The translations under genes were made by a program, and so were the position numbers. From NCBI GenBank assembly GCA_028534125.1, contig CM052818.1, positions 560,001 through 624,000 of the forward strand: 64,000 nt of DNA. The letters run 5' to 3'. The DNA is from Lama glama (Eukaryota). The notes beneath the pieces are model-generated. The model did not search any database, was not told where the DNA came from, and saw only the letters and a list, made by a program, of their open reading frames with translations. Shown in pieces: positions 26,321 to 40,309 of the stretch. The stretch's first letter is position 1. Each line of letters begins with the position of its first letter.

Positions 26321-29300
26321 GTAAGTCCGCCCGGGTATCAGGGAAGGGCCGAGGGACGTGGCCTGGTGGGTTGGAGTTCTCGGCTCTGTCTTTTATCTGG
26401 AAAACAATTACTGTGTGCCAGCCAGCACGCTGGGGCCTGGGGACACTGAAATGAGCCCACAGACCCGGAGAAGACATTGAAGGAAACTGATGGTGCCGCC
26501 GTGTGGTGTATCGTGTGCCAGTGGAGTGGGCGCAGGTACTATGTTGTACGGTTGAGCTGGAGGCATCCTGGAAGCCATCCTGCAGGAGGTGGTGCTTGTC
26601 CTGAGGCCTGGAGGGCTGTCAGGTCAACAGGAGACAGGCCGGGGAGAGGGCAGCTTGGGCAGCAGCTTGGTGGCTGTGAGCGGGGAGGGCTTACTTGGAC
26701 GGCTCCCTGTCCGGAGGGAGCCAAAGGGGAGGAGTGTGTGTAGGGATGAACCAAGGTGGCATGAGGGCCAGGCCAGACCTTGTAGGGCCCAGTGAGCCAA
26801 GGCTGGGAGTTTGACTTGATCTCATTGGTGATACGTAGTGAGCTCCTGAGGGTTTGACAGCAAGTACAGACCTGTTGTCACCTTGTGCTTCGGAAAGACT
26901 CTTCTGGCTCGTGGGAAGGAAACGGTGGTAGGAGGACGTGTAAGAGAGGTGTTGCCATGAACCTGGCAAGAAATAAAAAGGGCCTGGACTGAAACAGTGG
27001 GTGGCGGGGGGCGCAGATGAGCGGGTTTGAGGGCCTCTGAGGAGGGGGACGTGTGGGATGCTGACAGCTCGGGTTGCCTTGGTGGCAGGGGTCACTGAGC
27101 ACACGGATGTGGAGAAGGGATGAGCTCTGTGTGGACAAGCTGAGTCTGAAGGGGCTGAGAGACTGGGGGTCGGGCTCTGAGTTACGCGTTTGGATGGAGC
27201 TCACGTCCGGGCAGTGGCTGGAGCTGTGATGTGGGGAAGGGCACGGAGGAGCTGGGTCTGTTTCTGAGCCCTGCCTTCTGGAATAAAAGCAGGGCCCCAG
27301 GCAGCGGAGGACTGCTCGCGGGGACTCCGGCTGACTCGGGGCAGGTCCCTGATGCCTCTGTCAGCTCCGGGCCACTGCAGGCTGCCGCTCTCTGCTGCTT
27401 GCAGGGTGTCCCGTAGGAGGCATGTGTGTTTCACATGCTCATGCTGGTGATGAGCATGTCGAATTCTTGTGATTTTTTGAAACACAGACAAGTCTTATGA
27501 GAAGGCTGTCTTCTTGCTTGTTCAAATTTAGCATCAGGTCAGTTGAGTGATTTGCTGGGATACTGTATCCTAGTCGGTAAGGAGAATCCGGGCTGTCCTG
27601 CCCACTGCAGCCACCCCCAGCTCCTGGGGCACAAGGCAGTGGGGCCAGTGACAGAGAATCACTTGGGGAACAAGAAAGAGTTGGCTTCAGTGCTCCCATC
27701 TGGGGGCGAGCAGATGCACAGCATCCTGCCAGATGCTCTCCGTGTGCTCTGAGATTGTGGTTTCTGCTGAGGGCTGACCCTCTCTGCACTGCTGGGTTTA
27801 ATAATGAAGTGCCTTTGAGTGTCCCTTACTGCCCGGCGTTTGATCATAGGGATCGGGCCTCCCCTTGCTTCCTTTGTGTTTGTATGTGTCTGGTCCATCT
27901 TCCTTGTGTTGACGGCCTTGTTCGCTGTTTCTCCCCGTCCAGGGGGGAAATACCTTTATACAGGGCTGAGGACAGGGCTGATCCATAATAAATATTTCAC
28001 TTGTGGAATTCAACTATATAGATGTTATGTTTGGTCAAACTAGTTATTTGAATTCTAATTCCATCACTTTCTCACGCCTAAAATGGAAGTGGTGGTAAGT
28101 AGTCGACCCTCTCCAGGGCCGCTCTGAGGACTGGGCTAGTTAGAATGTGTAGAGCACTCAGGACTGCTTCTGGCACACAGGAAGCCCTGTGAGAGTGCTT
28201 AGCTGTTATGGAGCCTCGTGCAATAAAGCCAGAAAAAGATGTACAAACATACATATTATGGGGGAAGAAAAGTGTTGGCTGTCACTTTATTCATCGGTCG
28301 TTTATTGATTACCTAGCTCTGCACTCATGACAGGCAGGATAAAAACTTAGAGAAATGGTTCATCTCTGAAGGCCTTTGTGGTTTGCTTGAAGAGACAGCA
28401 TGAACAGTAAAATACCCATGCAGCAGATGTCTGCCCCGTGCCCGTGCTGTCCCGGGGCCATGGCCGGAGCTGTAAGAGTGCTCTGAAACACCAGGCTTGC
28501 TTGTCCGCGGGAGGGTGACGTTTTACTTAGGAGGCTGTTGTTCAGAGCCGGGTCTGGAAAACTGCGGTGAACGCCGACGGGGAGAGGTGAGAAGGCAGCC
28601 GCTCCAGACTGCAGGGAGCAGGCGTGCAGGACGCGGGGCCCGTGGCGCAGGGTGAACCGGGGCCCTCAGGGTTCTCCTGCGTTCCCGAGACCAGAGGCGC
28701 CGAGGGGACAAGTCTCAGCGTGAAGCTTGTGAGCAAAGCTCAGGCAGTAGGCTGTCAGCATCAGAGAAACCCAGCTGTGGCCATGCTGGCAGCCCGTTGG
28801 CTTGGCAGACAGGGGACTGGCGGGGGCGGTGGGAAGCAATAAAGGGGGCCGCCACCACCCATCATTTGCTGCTCCCGTTTGTACTTTCTTTATGTGGAAT
28901 ATGGATAAAATATTTGTATCTAATGCTAAACGAAGAATTAGAATCAGACCTGCTTTGTGTTGTTAAATTATGGGGAAATGCTAAGGTCAAAACAGCAGAC
29001 ACAAAAATGATATATAAATGATCGGCTCACCTAGGTTAAAAAAAAAAAAAGAGAGAGAGAAAAGACCAGGAAGAGATACACCCACAGTGGTGGTATCTGT
29101 GGTCAGACTGTGGGTGACTTTTCCCTCAAATGTTTTCTGAATTTTCTCTAATGAAATATGCATTTTATAATCAAGAAATATTTTTGAAAGTGCATCCTCT
29201 TAGAAGTGGTCCAGAAGATGGACTGGTGAAGAGTGATGACCGTGTGGCAGGAGAGCGGTTATGGAGCCACGGAGAGTAATAGTAACAGCAACCAGGGCAG

Positions 29301-32300
29301 TGACAGTGGTGTGTCAAGTCCTGGCTCTGTTCTAGGCACTGTCCCGGGTACTTCCACTGCCTCATTTAATCCTCTGTGACATCTCTACGGGGTAGGACTG
29401 TCAGTAGTTGCATCTTAATGATAAAGAAAGCAAAACTAGATTCAGGAGTTTATCCAGATCATGGAGCTAGCAAATGACGGAAGTGAGAGTTAAACCTAGG
29501 CAGCTGGACTCCTACCACCATGCCATACGATGATTAACATTGTTTAGTTGAGAAATGAGTGATATGAGGAATGAAGAGGGCCAAGGGAGAGACGATCCAC
29601 TTGGTAGCGGTTTCTGGAGGTGCGAGGCTCACGTTGGGGAGAGCCCCCACGTCTGGACAGGTGCTTCCATCAGCGGGTTTGGCAGAATCTGTCTTTGTGA
29701 ACTCAGACTCAGGGCAGGGGTTAGGAATGAAGCTTGTTCACTCTGGGCTTAATGCCAGATACAAACCTCCATATTCCAGAAACTCATCCCCTCAGCAGGG
29801 GATGGTAGGTAGAGAGGTGCAGCTGCAGGTCACTAGAAGGAAGAATTTGCCATAGAAGTGACAGTGAAATTTGGAGATGCCATTAAGTGCCCATAACAAA
29901 CAGTTAAGTACTGGAGCAACTTTATAAAAGCACAAAAAGGTCTTATAGCATAGTAAAAAAAAACCCTAATATTCAAGCTTCATGGTGATTTTTGCTAAAC
30001 AAGCAGTTTTGGCCAGTATGGACACCACCAGGTAACCAAAACCTCCAACACCAAGAGCACTGTTTTACAGTGGTAGGAAGATTACAGGTTTCTGAATGTG
30101 TGGATGGGATTCATATGTACTTGTTCTCTGAATCTTGAAATACTAGAATTAAAGGTATCCCTCAGAGTTTCAAAGAAACAAATCTGAAAGTCATGAAAGG
30201 AAATGCCTTATTCCAAAAGGTAGTGTATTACGTACAGGCTTGAGAAACCTTGGCACAAATCGAAGTTCTGCATTGGACTATTGGGAGAAGAAAGTATTGA
30301 TGTATTTCTAATATTTTGAGGGACACATTGGAGAGCACCCCAGCCACCCCTTAACTGTCCTGTGACACCACATCAGAGACAGGGCAGTGAGCTGCAGTGG
30401 CTGTCAGCCAGGCCCTCTGTGTGTTTTATCTATTCTCAGAAAGGGGGAAGTTCACGAGGAGAGCCAGCTCAGGACAGGGAGTGAGTCCAGGTGATGCTTT
30501 AGTGGGAAATCCTTCCTTGGAGATCTTCTGTTCATCATTTTATAGATAAGGAAACAGGTCTGTGTTAACTTTTAAGTCGTGTTCTGATGACTCTGAGGAA
30601 TAGGCCACAGGTTGCCGGAGACACTAACCACAGCAAAAGCAGGGAACTGAGACACAGGTTTTAGGGGTTGTCTTCATGGGAATGCTGTGTTTTTATCCAA
30701 TTGATCATCCAGCCCTAAAGAAGTAGCCAAAGAGCAACACAAGAAAAGCATCTCCTTTGCCTGAAACATAGTGAAAGTGTGGGGGAAGGAGGGATGCTGC
30801 CCAGCAGGTGTGGCTGGTAGCAGTGTGCCCTGCGTGACTTCCGTGTGGACCGCAGTTCTGAACGGGGAACACAGAGACTTCCTCTCATCTCTCTTGACAG
30901 TAGTGTAAGATCTGTTTCCTTTAGTTTTCATGAGAATGTGTTTTCCTCCCTTGCATTTAGTTTGATATGAAGATTGAACTTCATGTCTTTAAAACATTTT
31001 TTTGGCAATAAAATATTTGAACACCAATATAAAGGTGGGGAATCTGACTCTGGGTAGGAGATGATGTCTGATCTGAGTTTTAAAGGATGAGTAGAAGTTT
31101 AATCACAGGGAGAAGGCAGAGTGTTCTAGACAAAGGGATTTGAAGATCAGGGAGATGAAAAATACATGAAATCCACATGGAGATGTGCAGATGAGAGAGC
31201 ATGGAGAAATACAAGAAGTTCTGGTGTGACTCGTGTGTTAGATGAAAGATTGGGAGTGGCTGGAGAGGAGAGTTTCAGGGGAAGAGAGGATGATACCAAA
31301 GGCAGAGAAACCAGTTTGCAAGCTCAGGCAAGAAATAATGGGTGCCTGAAGTAAGAAAGACATTGAGTAGGAGGGAGGAGAGGAGGGGTGGATAAAAGAA
31401 AGAAGAGAAAGAATTCACTGGTTCAGTGGCCTGTTGAATGTAGGAGTGAGGAAGAAGGAGTCACAGGTGACACCTGAGGTTCCAGGTTGGGTAATGGTAG
31501 ACACTGGTGCCATTTTCCACCATCTGAAATACTGGGAGGGAAGCAAGTTTGGCCATCCGCCCCTGAGCTTCTGCGGGGCCTGCGGGTGTGCATCCGTGTA
31601 GATCTGTGAATCGGAGTTTCTTCCGCAGACCGATAGTAGTTGAAGTCTCAATTATGGACACTTCCCTAGGCTGACTACAGAGGTCAAGCAGGGGCCTGAG
31701 AATGGGGGATGCTAACTTTCGTGGGGAGAATCTCAAACAGGAGGCCTTGGAGAAGGTGTGGAAGGGATGTGGAAAGAAACTGAGGAGAGGCTAGGTTAGA
31801 ACCAACAGGTGGTTTGGGAGGTCTGACAGCAGCAGCACTGAAGAAGGGCCAAGACGTAGTGCTGGATTCTCCTTTTATTATATGCGTATTTCTTTCAGTT
31901 GAATCCCGGTCCCTTAAGAACAGGGACTAAATGTTGTGTTTCTAAAACACGTAGACTGGTGCTGAGCACATGGTGGTGTGCTACGTATCCTTTTCGGTTA
32001 ACTGGAAACCGTTCTCTACCCCCGTATTTGAATTCTGCCAAGACTGCAGATAGGCTTCGGCATGCTCTCCTTTGATCTTTGTCATCAGTGAGTGTGCCCA
32101 TTGTTACGGCAGTATTTCTGTCTCCTGCCAGCAGGCTCAGCATGCTGCCCGTGAACTCACAAGCAGAGGACCTAAGATTTTAGTTTAAACAAAGTTCCAT
32201 CTGGCACACCTGATCTGGGGTAGGACCCAGCCATCACCTGCCCACTGTGTGGATTCATGATTGCCCAGAGGCAGTGTGCCAGCAGTCAGTCATTGACTGT

Positions 32301-33888
32301 TGTGGGAGTGGAGTCTGTTCTATAAGCCTAAGCTGTTTGGCTTTAAGTTCACTAAAATTACATCAGGAAACTGAGACGTTACATACGCTTGTTTAGAAAA
32401 AGATGGGTGCAGTAAAATCTTTGTGTGATCTAGACACCTATGCATTAATTATATGCCACTTATCAACCATCTTTCTGTGTCAATGTCATAAAGAAAAAAT
32501 GCCTCCACCTGCGTCTGTACTGGCTATGAGGAAAGCGTGGGTGCCCTGGTCTCCGCGCAGACAGGCAGAGGTGGGGAAGGTGGAAGATTCATTTAGAAAT
32601 TCAGGACCCCCCTTTCTGCTAGGCATTAGTGAGTCGTTTCTTGTGTTTAGTATCTCTTGCTGATAGTGCAAAAGATACATTTCATTCTCTCTCCAGCCTA
32701 GTGCAGAGGTGGAACAGAGCATAGTTTTCTGTTTTAATGAGTGTAAAATTAAGTGCTCAGGGCAAAAAAAAAGTCACTTAGAGCCACATAAGCAGCATTT
32801 TCTCAAAAATTGGATTTTACTCTCCTGAGCTCTACCCCAGAGCTTTCTACTCTGTATTTCAGGAAAAAAGTCACTTCTCCCACTGCTCAAAGCAAGACAT
32901 AGAACAGATTTTATTTTAAGAAGAATTGAGCCGTTTCTTTGCGCTGTCCCTTGGCCTCTGTGGAGAAGGAAAAAATATTACACTGGGGACTAAAAGGAAA
33001 AGTGGTGACTTAATAGCAAGTTAGCAAAATCCTCCTTTCCTAAAACCTGGTGAAAGGAACCAAGAGAAACAAAAAGGGAAGAGAAAATTTCATCAACTGA
33101 AATTTGGAAATTGCCCTAATCTTAAACTATGAATTCCAAGGGCTACCTGCCAGTTTAAGGTCAGTTTGAATTGGAATAAAGGATAACGTGGGGCATACAA
33201 CTCCAGTGGGGGAGAAACAATAGTGGAGGCTCAGAAAGACCCCACAGCTTGGAGACATGGGCTGGAGACCACCCATCTGGAAGGCAGTGCACTCTGGGAC
33301 GCTGGGAATGCAAACAGGCTCCTTTTCCTGCTCTGCTCCAGCTTCTGATGGGGATAAGGTCTGGGGTGAGGAGAGAGGGCTGGAGAGATGGGAAACCATA
33401 TCTTAGGAGCCAGCTTTGTGGCCAACAGCACCAAGCAAAGGCTATTGTGCAAAGAAAAATATTTGCTGAACCAATCAAACCATGGGCCTTTATTTTAACT
33501 TGATGTCTTATCAGAGTGACCAGCCCACTCCCATATGAGGAAATGAACCAAAATCTTAGCATCAGGACAGAGTAAAACCCAACCCTCCACACACACGCAC
33601 AAGCACGCACACACACGTGCACACATGCACGCACACACACAGATTGAGAGGCACTGGCCCTAACAAACAGAAGGCATGGAGATGAAATTTCCAGTTGCCG
33701 CTGTCCCCAGCCAGGCCCAGTTCCTCCCATACCCATTCAGGCTTCTGGGCTTCTGAACTAATAATTGAAACTTCTACAACATCTAATTCTCTTAAGCTTG
33801 ATTCTTATGGGAAGGATTTGACCGTGCCCAGGTTAGCAGAATAACGAGGAGACCCTACCCATTCTACTTTTGGACAAACTAGTCTAGA

Positions 33889-34115
33889 CGAGTGGCTTTC
33901 AGCTGGGGGCCTTCACCGCTCTTCCCCCCCAGGGGACATTTGGCGGAGTCTGAGGACATTTTTGGTCATCGCCACCAGTGTGGTTCTACTGGCACCTAGT
34001 GGACAGAGGCCAGGGACACTGCTGAACATGCCGCACTGCACAGAACAGCACCCTGCTCCCCAGTGAAGAATTGTCTAGCCCAAGTTGTCAGTAGTGCCCA
34101 GGGGGAGAAAGCCTG
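33889..34115 (+). mobile_element. MER20 (hAT-Charlie non-autonomous)
   Basis: ccccccaggggacatttggc...ctactggcacctagtggacagaggccaggga...gagaaagcctg matches recalled MER20. Confidence 0.85.
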
Positions 34116-34981
34116 GAGATAAACTTCTTCCTCTGAAAGATTAATTAACCAGCAAACAAAAATCCAACATGCAGCCCATTCCAATTCTGTGGGGGAAAGT
34201 GGAGGCATTAAATGTAACATTCAAAATGAAGACTTACAGTAGGAAATACAAGAAGAATTTGAACAACTGATTTATCCCTTCAAGGACGTGGACTGAAATG
34301 CTCACTGTGAAACCAGAAATGAAAGATGAGGAGCTAGACTAAGGTTACGAAGAGGTCACGAGAGTTATGGATTAAACTGCAGGGGAAGCGTGCCTTTCAC
34401 AAAGCACTCACAGTGCTCGAGAAGCTGTGGAGGGCAGAATCAGAGTTACAGAGAAGAGTTCCAGTGAGGGAGAGGGACCGGCTTGAAAGATCCCTCCAGA
34501 ACAGGGGAAGAATATAGAAATGAACATAATCAGAGTGGGGCTAAGGGGCACAGAAGAGAGACGGGAGGGGTTCTCCACGCTAATGCGTTCTGGCGGGAAT
34601 GCTGGGACATTCGCTGGTGTTCCCAGCAGGGATGGTGGAATAAATTGAACAAAGGCAAGAGTCAACGATAAAATAGAGAACGTTTTGAAATGAAAGAAAA
34701 TGAATAAAAATCAACAAGTAATGTTTCGGACGAACTTACTGAATTTTAAGGATGAAGAATTGCCTACAAATAAATTAACTGGAAATTAAGTTGTTAACAC
34801 ATAAACTTTTTTTTTTTTACTTTTAAAAATATACTTAAAAATTCTTTTCTATGGTTTGGATGTAATTTTGGCTATTTATTTTTCATAGAATAAATTAGAC
34901 TTTAATATTGATGTAAAAAAATTCTTTTAATTGAAACACACACATAGGAAGGTTTGTAGATCTTAAGTGTACTGCTCAATA

Positions 34982-35465
34982 CAGGCGTACCTCAGAGACA
35001 TTGCGGGTCCGGTTCCAGACCACTGCGATAAAGTAAATATCACATTAAAGCAAGTTGCATGGATTTTTTGGTTTCCCACTGTGTGTAAAAGGTATGTGTA
35101 CACCATACTGTAGTCTATTTAGTGTGCAATAGAATTACGTCTAAAAGAACAATGTACATGTCTTAATTAAAAATACATTATTGCTAAAAAAAAAAGTTAA
35201 CCATCATCTGAGCCTTCAGTGAGTTGTAATCTTTTTGCAGTAGTAATATCAAAGATCACTGATCACCATAAGAAATATAATAATAATGAAAAAGTTTGAA
35301 ATATTGTGAGAATCACTGAGATGTGACACAGAGATGGAAATGAATCGAATGCTATTGGAAAAATGACTTGCTCATCACAGGGTTGCCACAAACCTTCAAT
35401 CTGTAAAAAAAAAAAAAGAAAGAAAACGCAGTATCTGCGAAGTGCAATAAAATGAGGTGTGCCTG
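34982..35465 (-). mobile_element. Internally deleted Tigger1 derivative (TcMar-Tigger MITE, Tigger1a_Art-like), 484 bp
   Basis: TIRs caggcgtacctc / gaggtgtgcctg; TA TSD at 34980-34981 and 35466-35467; both Tigger1 termini present; interrupts an old L1 3' end. Confidence 0.9.
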
Positions 35466-35584
35466 TACAGTTTAACAAAAGGCACGTACTTCTGTAACCA
35501 CATCTAGATCAAGAGATGGAACTTTACCAGCATGTCAGAAGCCTACTTGTGCCCCAGCCTGGTCACTTACACCTGACCCCCTAA

Positions 35585-35886
35585 AGCAAACTATGGCCTG
35601 CAGACCAAATCTGACCAACCTCTGTGGGCCCCAAACAGTTTTTTTTGTGTGTTTTTAACAAAATCAAAAGAATGGTATTTCATGACTCATAAAAATTATA
35701 TGACATTCAGATTTCAATGTCCATGAAGTGTTACTGAAACACAGTCATGCGCGTTTGTGTGTGTGCAGTCTGTGGCTGCTGGTGCACCACGTCAGAAGAT
35801 GAGTGTAGTAACACAGAGACTGCATGCCTTGCACAGCCTTAAATGCTTGCCATCTGGCCCTTTACGTAAAGTCTGCTGGCTCCTGT
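35585..35886 (+). mobile_element. MER58B-like hAT-Charlie element
   Basis: gcaaactatggcctgcagaccaaatct...catctggccctttacgtaaagtctgctggctcctg. Confidence 0.7.
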
Positions 35887-38564
35887 CCTAGGGTTACTAC
35901 TGTTCTAACTTCTAGCCACATGGATCAGTTTTGCCTCTTCCTGAACTTCGTCTGTAAGTGTTGTTTTGAATTCTGGCTCCTTTTGCTCGATGTTGTGTTG
36001 GTGAGGTTCATGCATGTGTGTATAGCAGTGCCTGGAGTCCATCCATCCTCACTGCTGTACACACAGTATTCCATTTTATGAACGTATTACCATTTGTCCA
36101 TTAGATTGTCGACAGTCTTTTACACTGTTTCCCAGTTACGGTTATAGCTGATATAAGATGTTCTTATGTGCATCTCTTGGCACATGGATGTACGCACTTA
36201 CATGTTTTTGTTGGAGATATACCTAGGGATGAAACTGTGTATGCTTACTAAGTACTATCCCTTTTCCAAAGTGGTTGTAGCAGTTTAAGCCCCCACCAGC
36301 AGCACTCCACCTTGAAACCAGCATAGAACGTCAGCGGCTTTCTGCCACTGTGGTAGGTGTATAATTGTATCTCATTGGCGCTTTACTTTGCATTTCCCTG
36401 GTGACTAATGAGATTGAGTACCTTTTCGTGTGTCCCTTTCGTAGAGTACCTGCTCAAGCCATTTGCCCGTTTCTCTGTCGTGTTTCTGTTTTCTTCTTAT
36501 TGATCAGTAAGTGTTCTTTATTCTGAATATGAGTTCTTTGTTGGAGATATATATATATATATATTGCAGTTCTCAGAATACTGAGATAAAAAGTTTGACC
36601 TAAGAATTCTGTGCCCAGTAAAGTTGCCATTCATGTGTAAAGGCTTCATAAAAAAACATTGCCAAATACGCTCGAACTCTAATTTTCTGGAGATGAATCA
36701 AATAAGAAACAGATTGGAGAAGCTGCGGTGTGAAGGGGCTGACAGTGAACACTAAATTATTCAAATGTAAAGTCTAAATAACTGTGACCATTATTGTTCT
36801 AAAACAAAAGGTAGTGTACTTATTCACACTATACAAAACCTGTAATAAAATAGTTTTTAAAAGAAAACAAGGAAACATTAACATAGAAAACATAAAATGG
36901 CAGAAGACCATGCATGTGTTACAGTAATCAATATAAATAGGGTAAACTCATCCGTTAAATTTGATTAATAGCACTAAACAGCACCGAGAATGTTAATAAA
37001 CCTTATTTCATGATGGGAAAACAGAAGCACGTATTTGTCATTGAATCAGAGCATATACTGTATTCCATAGACCCTTACCCCAACCTTGCAAAGTATTGCC
37101 ACCTGTCTGGCACTGCAACTAAGTACAAGTCCATTGCCACACAGAAGATACGTGTGTATGTAAATAAGATGAGGGTACATACTGTGGTGATATATATGTA
37201 TCTCCTCATATATATGTAAATGCATATGTTAATTAGGAGAATTAAATTAGGGAATGTATACTGGTTTCATAACTAGGCATACTTGGTTGTAAGTCCAATT
37301 TCTTCCCACAGAATATCCTCTCCCCCATACAGACATCTAATCAGGGAAAGGAATGTATACATGAAGATACATATTCAAGGAAAGGGATGTAATTAAAAGA
37401 AACAGGACTTCTAAGTGACTGCTTGGCTGCCTGATCAACTGTGAGAAGAGGGGTTGTGGCTTTGGCTTTGTTTGGCACTTGGAGCTGCATCTGCCCTTTG
37501 TGTTTGTTGGTGGCCTTCCTGGCAGAACCTGACCATCTAATTTCCAGGTTGGCTTCGTTTAGGATCTTCATATCTTTTTTTCCTAGCTTCTGGAATGGAG
37601 TTGCCATGATTTTCTTCTTGAAAATCTCCTTTCTCTGCCCTTAACTGTGTAAGTTTTGAGTTTTTTCTGATTCGGGGCAGAAGATTATCACCAAAAAGTA
37701 AGTTATATTCTAGTTCCAGGGTAAGACTCTGCAGTCAGTCTATTACTTTGACTTTTCTCCAGGCTGTAGAAACTGGAATAGAGCCCAGAACATCCTGGCA
37801 TATTCTTATATTCTGTTTACTGTAGTATCCTAGTGCCTGTAAAGACCCTTCAGACCACTACCTCCAGCACCCATGTTCTCACGTTCTCTTTCCCTCCTCA
37901 TACCTTGATCTCCTCCTCCCCGCCCCCCCACTTCACAACCATCCTTCTGTAACCTCTGTTTTATGGCTCAAAATAGTGTATATTTGGAGCAAGTGATTTT
38001 TAATCCTTTAGTTGAAAATACTCATTCACTCATGAAACATTTACATGGGTGGGCTGAAACCTGTGCTAGGTACCTTCATCTCATCTCATCCTCAACGGTT
38101 CTGTAATGTAGAAACATTCCTTTAGCTGCTCTGAGGCTCATAAGGCTTGTGCCGCTTGGTCACAGTCAGACTATTTGGTTGGCAGAGCCTGGACAGCAAC
38201 TACATACAGAGTTCATCTTATGCACCAAGTGCTGCTCTGAGCCCTTCACGTCTTTTACACAAGAAGGTGTGAGGATTACAGAGAGGCTGGGAAAATAACC
38301 CATCACAGTTGCCCAGGTCTCTGTCTGCAAAACTGTGTTCATTCTGCTGTGACACGTTAACAATAAAAAACTGATACACGCCTTGATGTTTTTGCTGCTG
38401 CAAGGTACTCTGGGAGTCCAGGGCGAAAAGGAGAAGTCCATTAGGGTTTCACAGAAAAGATGGCATTTAAATTAGGTCTTCATACCTGTCTTTTTCCAAA
38501 GAAAGAGATAGAGGAAGGCACTGTTGTCAATGAGAAAACGTGTTTCAAGACACAGGGGTATTGC

Positions 38565-39287
38565 ATGGTTATGTAGAAGGAGCTGTGGTGGCTGTTGCAG
38601 GATGCGAGGCTGGGAGATGTGCAAAGATAGCTCCAGGGGGCCTTGTGGGCTGTGCTCTGAAATGTGTGTCCCGTCTAGCGTGGAGTCGTCGGTGAGCAGT
38701 GGCGTGATCAAATTTCTGTTTGGGGAGCATAACTGCTGGTGTTGAGTGGGATGACCTAGGAGGGCTGAGGCCAGGTAGGAGACCATGGCAGTAATTCAGG
38801 GGCGTGAAGAGTCCCTGTGAGTGGAAGCCGTAAGTGGTAGCCAACTTCTATCAGCTCGTCTGCTGGACTGCACACACCGTTGCCAACCTTTTGTTTGTTC
38901 ATTTGAAACCAGAAACGCAACTGAACTCATTTTCACAAACTTGCTCTTACACTTACTCTTAGTGTGGGTAATGACATACACATCTTTATACTTGCACGTG
39001 TGTGTGTCTGTAGTGATGTACGTGTGATTGTGTGGATGCTAGCTGTAGCATAGTATACACGCTATACTGAAATTTGCTTGTCTTCCCACTTAGAATACCT
39101 GGGAGGTCATTTTTTAATCAGTAAATCTGAAGCTGCCTAATTCCTTGAATGGTTATGTAGAAGAAGCTGTGGTGGCTGTTGTAGGATGCGAGGCTGGGAG
39201 GTGTGCAAAGATGGCTCACGGGGGCCTTGTGGACTGTGCTCTGAAATGTGGCTAGCGTGGAGTCATCGGTGAGAAGTGGCGTGATCA
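38565..39287 (+). repeat. About 140-bp dispersed direct duplication (38565-38710 and 39149-39287)
   Basis: Both copies read atggttatgtagaag...ggcgtgatca with a few substitutions and one short indel. Confidence 0.95.
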
Positions 39288-39410
39288 GACCCTCCTAGGC
39301 GGCTGGTGGGAATGCAGGTTGGTGCAGCCACTGTGGAAAACAGTATGGAGATTCCTCAAAAGACTAGGAATAGACTTACCCTGTGATCCAGCAATCCCAC
39401 TCCTGGGTAT
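39288..39410 (+). mobile_element. Internal L1 ORF2 fragment without poly-A or TSD
   Basis: Similar to about 49339-49462 in this window (ccctccta...ggtgggaatg...tggtgcagccact...gatccagcaatcccactcctg). Confidence 0.88.
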
Positions 39411-40309
39411 CATGTGTTTATAACACCTAACGTGTTGTGGACATTTAGACCTCTAAGATTTTTCCATTATATATGATACAGTGAATATGCTTGTATATAC
39501 ATATCATTTTGTATGTATGCAAGTATATCCAAATTCCTGGAAATAAATTCTTAGAAGAACTTGGCATTCTTTGAAATTGCTGAGTCAGACGGATTGGCCA
39601 CTTGTCATTTTAACGTATTGCTAAATCACCTTCCTGCACCCCCACCAACGCGAGGCGTTATCAGCCTTTGATGGTGACTCATCCGAAAGGTAAAACTGGT
39701 CCTTTACGTATGTTTGAGCCATTTTCATTTCCCTTTGAAAGAACCAATTTTTATATATTTTTTACATTTTTCTATTGTGTTGTTGACCTTCTTTAACTGT
39801 AGGAGCTCTTGGTATGTTAAAGAAAAGCAGCCTTTTGCCCGAGTTCCAGATATGGCTCCCCAGTGTGGCGCTTGACTTTTCGGAAGTTATTACTATCCAT
39901 TTTTCTTTGGTTAAACTTGTTGGTATTTTGGTGTGTGCGTGTTAGCTCCAGAATTTCATGTTATACTTAGAGAAGGCCTTCCCACTTCCATGATTATTTT
40001 TTTTAAAACGCATTCATTGTTTTTCTTCTAGAACTCGTATAGTTTGAATTTTTTGGATTTAAATCTTTCAGCCATTTGGAATGTATTTGGGGGTAAGGTA
40101 TGAAGTATGGATGAAATTTTCCCCCAGTTGTCCCAACACCATGGTTTGAAAAATTACCCTTTCCCCATCAACGTGTCTTCTTGTGTGAGGGTCTTACCTA
40201 CCCAGCTAGGCCACAAACGCTTTAAAGGCCCGAGCAGCTGTTGTCCTGTCCTGCTCTCCCCGCAAAGCTGAGCATAATGTTCTGCGTAGAATAGGTAGGA
40301 CATTAATTT

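Noticed and set aside
24064..26454. 796-aa ORF as a single-exon protein
   Set aside because: Its ends run past the acceptor at 24174 and the donor at 26321; only 24175-26320 matches TET3.
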